DNA of 64,000 nucleotides from Oikopleura dioica (taxonomy: Eukaryota > Animalia > Chordata): positions 12,214,001 through 12,278,000 of the forward strand of contig OU015567.1 in NCBI GenBank assembly GCA_907165135.1, in the 5' to 3' direction. Shown here one piece after another: positions 12,489 through 25,930 of the stretch. Under the pieces are notes generated by a model. It was not told the origin of the DNA and did not search any database. It saw nothing but the letters and a program-made list of their open reading frames with translations. The position numbers and the translations under genes are program-made. Position 1 is the first letter of the stretch. Each line of letters opens with the position of its first letter.

Positions 12489-12631
12489 ATCTTTATTTTT
12501 CATCACACACCGTTCAATAACTGTTTAAACTCTAAACTTAGCTAGTACTGATTTACGACTCTTCATTACTGACCTGAACTATACACCTGCCGTTTCAATT
12601 TTTCGATTTCTAACTTTCGAAAATTCGAAGA

Positions 12632-14401
12632 ATGGTGAAAGGATTGAAAGTGAGCGTGGATTTGAACCTGGACGCCGTCTCCAGCCCGGGCACGGTTTTG
12701 GGCACACGAGGGCCGCTTTATATTGAAATGCAAATATTTCGACATCTTTTGCGATCTGAAGCAAGTCCCTCTATCTTCCCCATTCTTCTCCACAAGCGTC
12801 TGAACATCACCCATATCTTCCCATATCTAACTGATCCGGGACAGCTGGCCAACGAACTGGCGAAGCAGATGATCTCGATCAAGCTGATTCAAGAAGGCGC
12901 CCTTGGGGATCAGATCCTTGCTCATTACGCTGCGAGCGCGCGCGACTTTCTCTTCCCAACACCACAGCTGTCGGACACTTATCCAGGAGTCCACCGCGAA
13001 GTCCTGATGAATCGGACCCAATTTTACACGGGACTTCTTGAACCAAAACTCGAATTTAGGTACAGTCGTATTCCTCGAATAAACCAACGCTCTAAAACCA
13101 CCTTTCAGTACAAAAACGACCATCAAAGAAGTCACAGCGAGGCGAAAATTTGGAGGTACCGCGATAACCAACCGTGTCCGCAGCCCATCCCCTGTTCGTG
13201 GACGAGGAGCTTTCGAAATGTCGAAAAGCGACGATCGGTTAACTCGCACTGCTGCGAAGAATCTTCAACAGGCTGTTGAGGTGCTCCTTTCCCAAATATA
13301 GTCACAAGACTTTTTAGACGCAACAAAAATCGCAACGTTCCAGAAGCGCGGTCCGTAGATCTGATGATCCTCGTTTCATGAACACGACGATTTCCTTCCG
13401 TGCAAAATCTCCCGAAAGAAGGAGCGGGTTCATCATTTGACATATGTAATCCTAGACAATGTCAGACATAATTCCACAAACAAGTTTTCTTAACCGGCTG
13501 AAAGAGTAAAATCAGCTAAATCGTCGACGAAAAAACCACTGCCGTTCGTTGGTGCTAATGATAATCACAATCTAGGTATTCTGATAAGTTTATTTACAGA
13601 AGTAAGAAGAATACTTCACCTGGTGAAAGTCACCAAAAGAAGCAACAATCCTTAAGTTGGCAGCTGCAGCTGCCTTCTAGGGGATTTAGGGCCGGATATT
13701 TAAGCGCGTCAATTTATCCTATATCTTTAGCACGATATACCTCTACTTATTCGGAAACCAAAGCTCCTCCCACCAAGTCCAGGCAAACTATGGTAACTGA
13801 ACTTGATTACACCGGAAATACGTACGAGAAGATCCGAGAAAGAATTTCAAGATTACTTGAATCACCCCGCGCACAAGAATTCAACAGACACGTGAGGATC
13901 GACTCGATATATTTTGTGTGAAAGTTTTTTTCAGGGTGAGCTCGATGCATCGCTTGTAAGACTGGAACGGAAAATTGCTGCAAATAAAGGACCGAGGGTA
14001 AATTTGGCTCAGGATTGCACCTGGTCTGAGGCAGAGTTCTTTAAGTTTGATACTGAGTATGGGTATTTGATGAAGTAGCTGAATAATTAAGCTTCCTAAT
14101 GAAAAGAGAGTGTAGAAGGTCAATTTTTCTCAGCAAATAATGTGTCCTAATTACGAGCTAGCTCTTCTGTATCTATTCTATGAACTCGTTTTGAGGATGC
14201 CTCCAAATATCGCGGTGAAAGTCATCGACAAACTTTCGATGCAAGGTGCCAGCAATTGCTTTTTGGCTTTGATATTTACCCTCTATTTAGCCTCAAACAC
14301 GTATACGATGGGATAGTTGAAGATTACGAAGCCTGACTCAAATCAACAGCGAGTTCAATCCTATTTGCTTACTGATCGGAAAACAGCATTTTCGCTCCTA
14401 A
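12632..14401 (+). CDS. SPATA6: Spermatogenesis-associated protein 6-like (middle exons approximate)
   Basis: N-terminal domain VSSPGTVL...FPILL...DPGQLANEL...ARDFLFP...PKLEFS; C-terminal YEKIRERISRLLESPRAQ and YRGESHRQTFDASLKHVY resemble SPATA6-family motifs. Confidence 0.8.
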
Positions 14402-15751
14402 CTTTTTTATTTAAATTTTGATTATTTTCATATGTAATAAAGTTTTATTTTTGCAAGCTACCCTCGTGATTACTTAATGGAAGACCATCTTTTGTAATCA
14501 CAATTCTCAATCGGCATATGTTTGATAGCAGGTCAAGCTCTAGCAATTTGTCTGATTGTAAGCTTATATTCCACAGGTTCTCTTTGTTGCATGCATAATT
14601 TACTGTTATTATGGACAAAGAGAATAACGGAATCGGCAGCTTTTTCTTTCTTCTTCAGGGAAGAGTTTCGCATGCGTTCGAGTTTTACCTTGATTTTATT
14701 TCATTTCCCGTTATTAATTCATACGTTTGTCTCTCCCTCCTTTGAAAACCGATTTGATAGTTTACACGCTCAGACGTTTTTTAAATCATCAGTGGACCTG
14801 TTCTTTTGAAATCATTTTTGGAGAGAAAAAGAACCAAATTGGTTCTCTCGAAGAGAAACTCAACAAGTTCCTAGAAAATGCCATTCCATTAGGTTCGAAG
14901 AGCTGGAAGAATTCGACGACTCCAAACACCTTTGGTTTCAATTTCAATTGAAAGGTTTCTCTAGCGCAAAAATTGATGAAGTGTACTCGGTATTAAGATT
15001 CTTTGGGCTTAGGATAATTGCTTATCCGGATGATTTTTAATGTCCCTAAAGCGCAACGGGGAAAATAATGGTTATTTTATTTACGCTTCTCCATGAACTT
15101 GATCATTCAAAAAGTCAGCTAATGTAGCATGTATAATGACACAGCTGTAAAAAGGTGGAGTAAGCTCACGCTCAGGCCAAGATAATCCTTGATCTTTATC
15201 AATCCTAATGGTCTCCGATTCTCCGAGGATCCGAATCTTTTCTAAAAGTGCATCTTGAGCAGCTTTTTCAAAGACTATTTTCTAAGGTTCATTTATATTT
15301 GCGTTCCTCGGCATCCTCATTAAGGTTTGGTAAGAAAGAGAAAGGACCCTCTAAGTTACGAAGAACGAATGCAATTTTGATGACCAGAGTTGTTTTGAGG
15401 TTTTGGAGTAAGACAGCATATGCTGTAAGCGCCATTTATTGACAGGTTGAGTGACAAGATCTCGCCGATTTTTCTGGGTACGATTGTCTTATTCATCAAT
15501 TAAATTTACCTGCTCAACTCAGAGCACGACTTCATTTCAATATTGTTAATTACCAGTTCAATTTTCTTTTCTCATTCGACTTTTTGAGACGAGCGGAGAC
15601 GCGAAAGTCGAGGATGAGCTTGACGGAAAAGAATGGAGTGCTTCTGGCAAATTTGCTAAAGCATTTATCAATCAGTCAACGATTTTTCAAAGCTTTTTGA
15701 TAGAGAACTAAAGTAAGATCCATCTCTTTCTCACTAATTTGAAGGTTTCAA

Positions 15752-18013
15752 ATGGGTGCCTCCGATTCGGAAATCAGCCTGTATATGAAACTTTTAACAA
15801 AAATATATAAAGTTATCATTGGCAAAGAGAAATCTTGGAGTAGGGATATGCTTCAGTTTTTATGCAGAGATAAACTTCGTGGTTGCATTATTCAATTCGT
15901 TTTTCAAGGCAGTGTTTTGCCAGAAAATGGAATCACGTGAGTCTGAAAAGTAAAGCTGATAGTGAATGCTTTTAGATTTGGAGAAATTCTTGACTTCAAC
16001 AATAAAACTGATCCGGAATCGCGTCTTTCAAACGGGGTAAAGAAAGATTAATCGTTGTTGATTTCTGACAACAAGGATGAAAACTGAACTTTTTTTAGAC
16101 GATAAGCTGGCTTGAAAAGCAGTGCGACTGTACCATCTCTCCTTATGTCAATCGAATTCTGCCAACAATTTACTGCTTCCTCGTCTTCTTTGGATTAATC
16201 GCCAATGTCGTCGTTTTTTACCTTACAGTTCATCTTCGCAAACGCCATGTTGTTGATATTTATGTTCTGAATCTTTGTGTTGCCGGTAAATTCATAATCA
16301 AAGAATTGGCTTTAATATTTATAAGATGGTTTGCTGCTGCTGTCAACAATCCCGAATGACATCATGGAGAAATATGGGAATTTTCCTTTTCCTGATATTG
16401 GTTGTAAAATTGTTTCGTATGCGACGTTTATCTTCATGAATTGCACGCGATATTCCGTAGTGATACTTGCACTTGATCGATATATTGCTGTCGGGTATGT
16501 TCACACATAAGTTCTACATTAGTAAGACATCACTATTGTCACTTCTGCGTTAATTCAATCTTGAAATTTGTTACCTAGGTGGCCAATATCTGGGAGAAAA
16601 TGCCGGACGCGAAAATTCGCGAATGTTTTATGCAGTGCCGTTTGGACGTTCGCGATCGTGAGCAGTATTTACTGTCTTAAATATCGAAAGAAAGACAAGG
16701 GCGAGTGCGTTTGGGATCTGTCGTCTCTGATGGAGGACCAGTAAGCTTATTAAATAATCATATTTAGTCATTATTTTAGAATCTCCCTATCCGTATTCTT
16801 CTATGCACGGATAACAATTATTTTCTATCTTCCTCAAACAATACTTATTCTCCTTTATATCGCGATCATCGTAACATTGTTGAGAAATCAGGAGGAGTTT
16901 CAAGAATTTATATAATCTTCGGATCAGTATCATCCTGAGAATCGTACGTTCCGTTTTTTTGCGTAATACTGGCACAACAGTATTCAACATTGACTGTCAG
17001 ATTTCCTCCCGTTTCCACGGTTTTTTTTACGAATTAATTCCGTAAAATGGCTGAAAAAGCTTGTGTAATATTCAATAAGCAATGTTCAAAATTGATCTCA
17101 AGATTTAAAACTCAGAAACAAGCATCGACTCACGAAGCATAAAAAATCACAGACCAGCGTTGGAAGTAATGTTCCTAGCAGGAAAGGGCTTGTTTTCAAG
17201 ATAAAGTCTGATCGGTCGAAATAAATATAAGCCACCAGACAAATTAACATATTGTCACTCAAATCGCGCACAACCAAAGTCATCCTTGCTGTTTTATCCT
17301 CGTCGCTGGCCTGTGGGATGCCGAATGCATTAAGTAATATCCTCCAAGCGCGCCAGATGTCCAAAGAAGAAGAGCTGACTCCGACGCTGTACAGAGTCTC
17401 TCTCACTACGAATATGCTTCTCTATCTTGGATCCGTGCTTAACCCGATTATATACACCTTTTTACGCCGGGAAATGCGGTATAAATCGTTACCGAAACAA
17501 CGCTAGAATATATAATTGAGATCTTTGCTAATCCGTCGATTCGATAAATTCATGCGACGCATCGCAAACCTAGGTAAATAGTTCATTCTTCGAATCTATT
17601 CACTTTTAGAAATCTTAAATCGTTTCGGCGAGCTTTACGAAAATTCTATGGCAGCGACAATGGTGACAACCGTCGACGCCGAGGATAATGAAGATCGATT
17701 GAGGCGGCAGTCACAACCAAATGCAGTCAACCCGGAATGTACTTGTAGAAGAAATAATGTTAGACAATTTATATAATTTAATCTCAATGCTTATTTCAGC
17801 GGCGAGAAACGCTCGATATTCGCTCACCAATTGTTTATGGATCAGCACCAATTTCGCCGATCAAAATTGTTTCCAAATCTGGACGGAAGAAAAGCTGTAA
17901 TCACTATTTTCCAGGTTTAGCAAGTCAATGCACAAGTAAGTTATTTCAGACGTGGTTGCCGGCACACTCCAACAACTTTGAGACTGCAGAATCTGCCAAT
18001 AAATGCCAAGTGA
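15752..18013 (+). CDS. Class A GPCR, peptide-receptor-like (paralog 1; C-terminal exons approximate)
   Basis: TM1 GLIANVVV, TM2 DIYVLNLCVADG, GC before TM3, LALDRY, TM6 ACGMP, TM7 LNPIIYTFL. Confidence 0.85.
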
Positions 18014-19539
18014 ACTGTATAATTTCATTTCAAAAATAAACCATCTCTAATTTTGATTTCTATTTATACAAAAGATAATTTGTTTAACAATTTGAAAGAA
18101 AAATTTTTATATTTTTGGAGGATCAAGTCTGATACTGTATCCATCAAAAGTAAGTCTCCCGAATCGGGAGTCCCGATGATCCCATTCAGCAATAACAGAT
18201 TAGAGCAGGTACCTTTCGGTCCCCTCTTGATCAGCCACTTTTTGACAATTTTGTTTCTTTTGTCCAGAAAATCAGCTGAAGTAATGGACACTTTTCTGGA
18301 AGTTCGGGGCCCGAACTTCGGGCCGTGTCGTCCCGAATAGTTGTAATCAGGAGGCGTGAAGGTTCATGAAAAAGAAGTTGACAGCTCAGCATATGAGATT
18401 TTGTTGTAAAAAGGGTGCCTCTTGTTAAAAGTGCATACATAATGCAGCATATTATTCGCTTTTGATCGTCTTCATTTTAGCCGTTTTCTTTTGGGCACTC
18501 AAGGAAATGAAGTTTTAACTTTAGATTGCGCCGATTGCAACCTGCTCAGTGTCAAGAGAGTTTATTCTGCTGCTCATCTGCGCTTTATTTGAGATAAGGG
18601 AGCGGAAATTTAGACAACTTTAACTAAGAAGATTTCGTTGACGATCACTGGAAGTCGACAATGAATTCAGAGAATATCAAAATAGAAAAAGGACCATCGA
18701 AGCTTTTGAATTTGGAGAATCTTTTAATTCCGGCATCAAAAAACTTCAGCGGCAACTTTTTTGACACTCTTGGGTCGGGGTCGAAAATTTTGATGGCCCT
18801 AACGTCCGAGGCCTAACTTTGAGGGAAGCTTACTGTCTGGTCTGCCACCCAAACGAAAAGGATCATTCTTCACAATATATCGTCTCTGAGTTATTTTCAT
18901 TATTTTCTCGAGTCGCGCAAATCCGCGCTCAGCTCCCCTAAACCGTGATCTTTGATACCTGATGGTCATAATACGGCTCATTCTTCACTTATCCTTTGAA
19001 AGGGAACCTCGCTTGAAGAGCTATAAAGATTTTGTCAATCACATCGAACTTCCATTAAAAAATAAATGATCATTTTTTAAGAGAACGTGTTTTAAACCGT
19101 TAATATTTTATTTGATAATTTTACAGTAATGTCAGTATCTAATAAGGTGGCCCCCTGGTATTTAAAGTTATTTAAAATAACTTATTCATGAATAATACAG
19201 GGGCGGCAAAGTTTTAAAGAAGAAATATCGGTCTTATTATAATCCCTTTAATTGATCAGAATAAAATATATTTTTTAAGGAAACTTGGTGATTAAAATTT
19301 TGCAAAACTAGCTGTTTTATTTCAACCTTGACCGTGACGATAAGCCCAATAAGGGTAATGTAGCGTAATACTATGCCCGGACAGCGTTATAAAAAGTGCG
19401 GTGAGCAGAATCAGTTCTGTCCACGGCTGTCCTCGAGCGCTGATACTACCTAAGTAGCAATTGTTCCTTTTTACTAAATCAATATCAATATCATTCGTTC
19501 TTCCACTAAGAGAAACACCAAAAAGAAAAAAAGTAAATC

Positions 19540-22128
19540 ATGAAGGAACTGTATCTGAGGCATCTAGCCTCTATAATCGACCTCAATGAAAGAGACATGC
19601 TCACATTCGAACCCTGCAGCAAAACAAACAATTCTGAAGATCTCGAATGCAAAATATTCATCAATCACGCCGGCCAGAATATGCCGGCAAACGGGATCAG
19701 GTGAGGTTGAACTTTGACGGAATAAAGTATCATAAGGAAACTTTATCTTATCAGCGTCGAAAGGGGGAGAACTTGATCTTGCGTCAAAGGTTAATTTTGA
19801 CTTTCCGGCCTTAATCGTCAATGATATCTCTTTTGGAAAATAAGTGGAAATATAATATATTGAATTGCTTTTGAACCTTCGAGAAATTGTTACCACGGGG
19901 TCCAATAAATTTATGAATAACTTTCAATTGTATTACAACATCAAATTCTTCTTTGAAACAAGATCTGAAAAAAACGGTGATGGAATTGATTTTAGAGAGC
20001 TTATTAATCGGTATAAATTCAGCTACAGCGACGTAAAAGAATATCTGCACGAGAATACGAACAGCAATTACGAGCAAAAAGTAACAATCCTGAATAAACC
20101 AGGAAATTGAATATTATATATTTAGAACTCTGGCTTCCAAGATTGGCTTGAAAGAAGTTGCTTTTGCGAATCTTCTCCAGAAAATATCTTTTTGCGCTGG
20201 TACATTACCCGGGCCCTCCCTTCTGTCTACGTTATCTTGGTTATTTTAGGACTTATTGCAAACTTAGTAGGTAATCAAAGTCAAGTAGCAAATGGGGACT
20301 TATTCATGATCCACTTTAGTTTTCCAATTAACATATCAACTTCGCCAACGTCATGTCGTTGACGTTTACGTCATAAGCCTGGCAGCTGCTGGTCAGTATT
20401 AAACCAAGCTCAGCTTCAGTACATTCATTCTCGTAGATGGACTGCTGCTGGTTTCCGTGATTCCAAGCATCGTAGAACAGTATTACAATATGACATTTCC
20501 CTTCGGCGTCCTCGGCTGCAAACTGACCTCGTTCTTTACCTACATCTGCATGATTTGCACGCGATTCTCGATTGTCATTCTCGCCTTAGATCGATTCATC
20601 GCCGTCAGGTTAGCAGATTTTATGTCTGAATAAAGCAGACCTAGTGCTCTGAATCAAGGATAACAGTGAGCATCCTTTACTGTATTTTTTAGATGGCCAA
20701 TGAGTGGGAGAAACTATCGTTCTGTGAAATTTGGAGTTTACTTATGCATTGGAGTTTGGATTTTCTCAGTCACTCTTAGGATCGAGCATGAGAAAATAAC
20801 AGCAAATAAAATGATTTTGGAGCTTCTTGTACAAGCTTGATTCAGTATATTTGCATTATTGGATCGAAATCTTTCAAAGCAAGACGATAATATTTTCAAC
20901 AAAAACGGGACTTCCTGTGTTTGGGACTTGGAGAACTGGAGAAAGAAGACCCCTCATGCATACACGTATTACCTTCATTTTTTCCGGAAACTTTTATATT
21001 TTTTTAGAATATTCTTCATCGCCCGGACAGCCATCACTTTTTACATTCCTGGCGCTTTATTAATCCTGTTCTACTTGCTTATTGTTTTGACATTGGTGCA
21101 AAACCAGGAACCGGCGGAAAATGGCGTTTCCAGCTTGAAAATTCTCAAACGGAAAATTTGGAGGCAAGGTCATAAATAATTTTGAGCTCGTGAGCAGTGG
21201 GCCAGTTCAATCCGTCACCCGTCGAAAAATATTAAAAGATCAGTCATGGAATTACCACGACAGTTTTAACCTTTTTTTTACATGAGTAATTTAAAGTCAT
21301 TTTCGGTCTCTCTAACTTCCGTGAATCTGGAAAGCGTATCAGTTTTTGCCCCGGTAGAAAGCATCGAATTGCAAAGCATAAACGAAACATGGCTAACTCG
21401 CTGATGAGTACCACCTCGCGGAAAGTGGAGAACAATATTCTCTCGCTGAAGTCGAGGTACTTTCCCAAGTCGCTCAACTCGAAAGCAATTTCATGACCTT
21501 TTTCAAGGACTACGAAAGTTATTCTAGCTGTCTTATCGTCGGCGATTTTATGTGGCACGCCAAATGCAATTATTAATATTATTCTTGCCAGTAAATTCGC
21601 GCAGGTGAGATCTCAGAAAACATTGGCCCAAATCAAAGAAAAATCCTAAAATAATCTTCAGCAAAAGTCATATGGAAGAGCTTTACAAGCCGGCTCTTTC
21701 ACGACCAATGCGGTGCTTTACCTTGGTTCAGTCAAGAGTTTGATATTTAGTAATTGATATATTTTAACTTCTATAATTTGACAGTCAGCTTGTTTACAAT
21801 TTAAGGAGCTTTATAAAGAAATTAAAAACAGAACAATTAAGAGCAATTCAAGACTTCAAAAGCTTTGAATTTAAACTTTGAAGTTAAACTCAACTAAGTT
21901 CTGAATCCAATTATCTACACGTTTCTTCGGAGTGAGATGAGGGTTCTCTTGATCCGAAATATGCTCAAATTCAGCAGTAGATATCCAGGGAGGCATAGAA
22001 ATATCATCAGATCTAAACTCTATTTTTTCATTGAGCTAAATATTATGCGCTTTGAAGTGAAGAGATTAAGGCTGAGTGCGATTGAAGGAGAGGAGGAAGA
22101 TATACGAAGATGTTCAGGTTTAAAATGA
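19540..22128 (+). CDS. Class A GPCR, tandem paralog 2 (ends approximate)
   Basis: GLIANLV, DVYVISLAAADG, LALDRF, KVILAVLSSAILCGTP, LNPIIYTFLRSEMR; motifs shared with paralog 1. Confidence 0.85.
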
Positions 22129-22636
22129 AGACTGTCATGTGAAATTATCTTTGTGAATAAACGGAAACCCGCTTCAATATTCTTGAATTCAAGAATAAAA
22201 TCAATTAGTGAATCATCAAAACCCTCACAGCATCGTCTGGAACTTTAATTTCGAATCGAACTTATGACCAGATAATCATTTTGGCGAAAAAATAATGGGG
22301 GTAATTTCAAACCGTCAACTTGTTTACGGTACTAATATGCGGTTATTGTCTTTTTAGCACAACCAAGCCGTAGAAGCTTTTCCGTAAACCGAAGATTAAC
22401 GACATCCACAGTAGTTTCTCGAGGCTACACAATTTCTCCTGCGATCAGAAACTCAAGATTCATACCAGATGTAGTTGCTGAGACGATGGCCTGAGCAAAT
22501 CATGTCCAAAATTATCCCTTTTTCTGTCAAAAACAAAGACTAAAACAAAAAGCTTCGTTTTGTTCTAGATGCGAGATTTAGACGCAAATTTATTTTTAAC
22601 TGATTTAGAAGCTAAGAAACAGAGAAATTCAGTAAG

Positions 22637-23365
22637 ATGATCGGCCGTATGTCCGAAATGATGACCCGTATTTCGGTGATGCCGATTTTTGGGAACAAAA
22701 ATCAAGTAAAGACAAGAGAAAAGGTAAAAAGTACAAATTGAAAATATTAAAAAAAGGAATTTTCAAGGAACTTGAAGATGAAAAGAATCTCTCGAAACGA
22801 GCTTTGATGGAAATTCAATTCCAGTTGGACGATCTTTATCGTCAACGCGATTCTTCTGATGTCAATATGGCAAACTTGGTGTACAAAATCGGCCTTGAAG
22901 CTGTTTTGGGAGGCCCTGTCGTGATTAAATTCGCGGTCAACGAGTTTTTCGACATTCTCATCCGCTCTGTCGAAGAATGGCAGGATGTAAGTTCTCCATC
23001 CTTAATCCTTCAACTTGTAAACGAACTTTTAAGGATGTTATGCTACAGTTAAATGCGTTGAAGACAATATCAGCTCTCTGCTCAAACAACAAAGAAGCCC
23101 AAGATACTTTTCTGACTAGCCAATTTGAAGAGACGCTCATCAACTTGATCGAAAGTGGCGGCAAAGCCAAAGAAAAAGTGATTCAACTTTGGGCATGTCA
23201 CTGTCTTCGGGTGCTGCTCGTTGGAAATGCTAATGGAATGATTTTAAACTTGATTTTTTTAAATTATTAAATTTTAATGCTACGAAATCGCAGTAGCTTC
23301 GGATCACATTTTCAGCTTGTCTCTGATGAGCGTGAATAGTCGCCGGCTAGTGGAATAGCTTTAGA
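22637..23365 (+). CDS. ARMH2: Armadillo-like helical protein, ARMH2-like (3' end uncertain)
   Basis: KIGLEAVLGGPVVIKFA, ALKTISALCSNNKEAQ and LWACHCLRVLLVGN parallel my recollection of ARMH2 (KIGLLAFTGGP, SVACWCYLNPVSQ, FWTCYVLSVM). Confidence 0.65.
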
Positions 23366-23905
23366 TTATCCAAATAACAGATTCTGCGGACTAGACAAAG
23401 TCTACGACAAAATTAAGGAAGGAATAATGAAAGGGAATATTTTAATAAAAGCACACTCGTGATGACTTGCTTAAATTTAAGAAATTGAGGAAACTGAATT
23501 ATAATAGTGTTAAAAATCTGAATAAAAGCTATTCAAATTGTGATGAAGCTTCACGAATCCGGTGCTTACAACATGAAGGAAATCTTGGAAGATGTCGGCG
23601 ATTTATCATGGGATTGTCTAGGGATTCTTTTGTTTTTTCTACTTACGTAAAAAAGAAAATTATAATCAAGACATTCTTTTACGTTTTCCAATCAAAGAGG
23701 AAGATCTAAGCGAAAAAGGAAAGCACATATTCCGCCTGGAGAATCCCTCCTTAGCTTCAACGACAACGAGGCTGACGTTATTCTCACTATTCTTGCGATC
23801 AAGCCCGCTTAAAATTCATTATTTATTTCCTGCCATTTTAATAAAACACTATACTCGAATCAATAAAAATCGTCTGTACCTTTTTAGACTTCCGCTTTGT
23901 AAAAA

Positions 23906-24420
23906 ATGGATACGAGAAGGTACGATCTCATTGAGCAATTCCTTGAGAACCCGAAAAGATGGGCAAAAGAATACTCTGTGCAGGCTCATAAAGGTAGGGT
24001 TGTAACTGTGAGTAAGTGTAAACGACAGAAAGCGTCATATTTTAACAGAAACTGGATTGACGTTGAAGTTCAAGCTTGTCAAAACCGTTCAAAATAGAAC
24101 TTGAGAAAGTGCCTTTTCTCGGTCATGGACTTGTCATTCAACTTGATTACAGGGAAAACGTTTTTGTGGGAGCACAAATGAACGGTCTAGATTCAAATGA
24201 ATGTCATAATTTATTATCTAGGCCATTTTTTACGAGAAAAAGGCGGCACAACTCTGACCTAGATCATAAATATCCGTCCGAATACGCAGAAAGTGCCTCG
24301 ATAAGTCAGACCATTTAGAGAGACGTTTTTGATTTTACTACGAGAGGCGGTTTGATCTCTTTTTTGATCTTCAGAGGTACGAGTTTTGTTCAATGGATTT
24401 GCTACCACCGAGCAAAAAAA
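23906..24420 (+). CDS. Hypothetical multi-exon protein
   Basis: Coding-like segments MDTRRYDLIEQFLENPKRWAKEYSVQAHK and ELEKVPFLGHGLVIQLDYRENVFVG with plausible splice sites; no recognisable family. Confidence 0.35.
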
Positions 24421-24447
24421 TCTTGCTCTTCTTTTACGATATGAAAT

Positions 24448-25329
24448 ATGAGCGAGAGTGGCAGTGACACAGAATCTATCCCGTTTTTAGATATTTTGAA
24501 GAGCGACATGACTTGTTGGGAAAAAAGCACAAGAGTAGTCGGGAAACTGCTTCATTCTCATGCTTTTCAGGTACGTTTAAGCTATATAAAGGACCGAAAA
24601 TAGCCGCAGATCCTTCAGTCTTTCCACCAGAGAAGAAAAATTAAAGCGAAATTCAGGCGATAATATTGTTCCTGGTCTTAGTAGACTGCGCCGTCATCGC
24701 ATGTGAAATCGTTTTTGATGAAAAGGTCAAAACGCACTACGATTACTGCTCGCCCAATGCAACTACTTGCCAAGACGAAATAGACTCAAAACAGACAAAG
24801 AAGTGGAAGAATATCTACATGAGTCTGTACTATACTAGTCTTGCTTGTAAGAACTAAAATCGAGAATTCGAATTAATGATAATTTAGTGCTTTCTATTTT
24901 CGTCGTTGAAGTTATCTTGAAAATCGTTTTTACTGCGAAGAAATTTCTAAAGAGTTGGATTCACATTTTCGATGCTTTAATTGTCATCACTTCTTGGGTT
25001 TTGATGCTCGTTATGCTTGACAAGGAAGGAGTCTTAATTGAATTAAAGATTCTTCAAGTTTCATTTTCATAACATAAGAACAAGTCGGGATTCCTGTAAG
25101 GATGTCAAAAATGGAATGATTGCTGAATTCCTGATCGCCTTCCGTGTAATTCGTCTTGTTCACGGAATGAAAGAAGCCATCGAAGAAGGGAACGAGATCG
25201 TCCATGAAAAACTTCATGAAGAACTTCACGGTTGAGAAAATATTTGAGATAAAAAGTTACTTTCATTTAGCACTGAAACACGAGAATCGCGAGCTAAAGG
25301 CGCAATTAGCAGCTGTGACGGATAAATAA
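24448..25329 (+). CDS. HVCN1: Voltage-gated proton channel Hv1-like (VSD-only plus C-terminal coiled coil), 5 exons
   Basis: S1 LVLVDCAVIACEIVFD, S2 LLSIFVVEVILK, S3 HIFDALIVITSW, S4 EFLIAFRVIRLVHG, coiled coil LKHENRELKAQL; no pore domain. Confidence 0.8.
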
Positions 25330-25582
25330 ACTGTTCTGGTTCTACAGACTGCATGACAAATAAATTAAGTAAAGTTAATTCAGAACTTTTTTCAGATCAT
25401 TACAGGCCTATATCACCATGTTTCTGGTCGACAGTTTCCACCCTGTTCTATCGCTTCTCTGGCGCTTGAGAATAGCTCGTGTGCGCCATCACCTGTAGTA
25501 TAAAATAACGAAATCTTTTTACCGGAGATATCACACGAAAAAGAGCAATCGCTTATCTATACCACAAAAAAAAACTATCAAA

Positions 25583-25930
25583 ATGGCCTCGATCATGCAT
25601 TTACTATTTTTCCTATCGCAGCTATCCTGCCTCGTTCTAGCGGATAAAGCAGCAATCAACAGATATGCTAACAACATTTACTACCACAATAGATATACAG
25701 TAGCTCCCGCAGTTGAAAGCCCGGCGCACACGAAACGAACTGGAATCAACCCGAAACTTATCCCCCCGGAAGTTTGCGATGGGCCAAAGAAACATGAGAA
25801 AACTGACTTATCTCAGAAGAATGGGCTTTACGAACTGAATTATGAACTACCTACTGATTTATCATTTCTTTTTCTACTTTACTTTTACCAAAAGACAACC
25901 AACGAATGCCCAACAAAATCATTTCTGTGA
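25583..25930 (+). CDS. Possible small secreted protein (or degraded gene)
   Basis: 115-aa ORF with a hydrophobic signal-like N-terminus; no family recognised. Confidence 0.3.
   Translation: MASIMHLLFFLSQLSCLVLADKAAINRYANNIYYHNRYTVAPAVESPAHTKRTGINPKLIPPEVCDGPKKHEKTDLSQKNGLYELNYELPTDLSFLFLLYFYQKTTNECPTKSFL

Noticed and set aside
23221-23365. Second GA-AG intron at the ARMH2-like 3' end
   Set aside because: Several acceptor/frame combinations are possible and none is clearly favoured by homology.
25021-25100. Possible GG-AG intron in the Hv1 gene
   Set aside because: A canonical GT (25031) to AG (25100) join is in frame.
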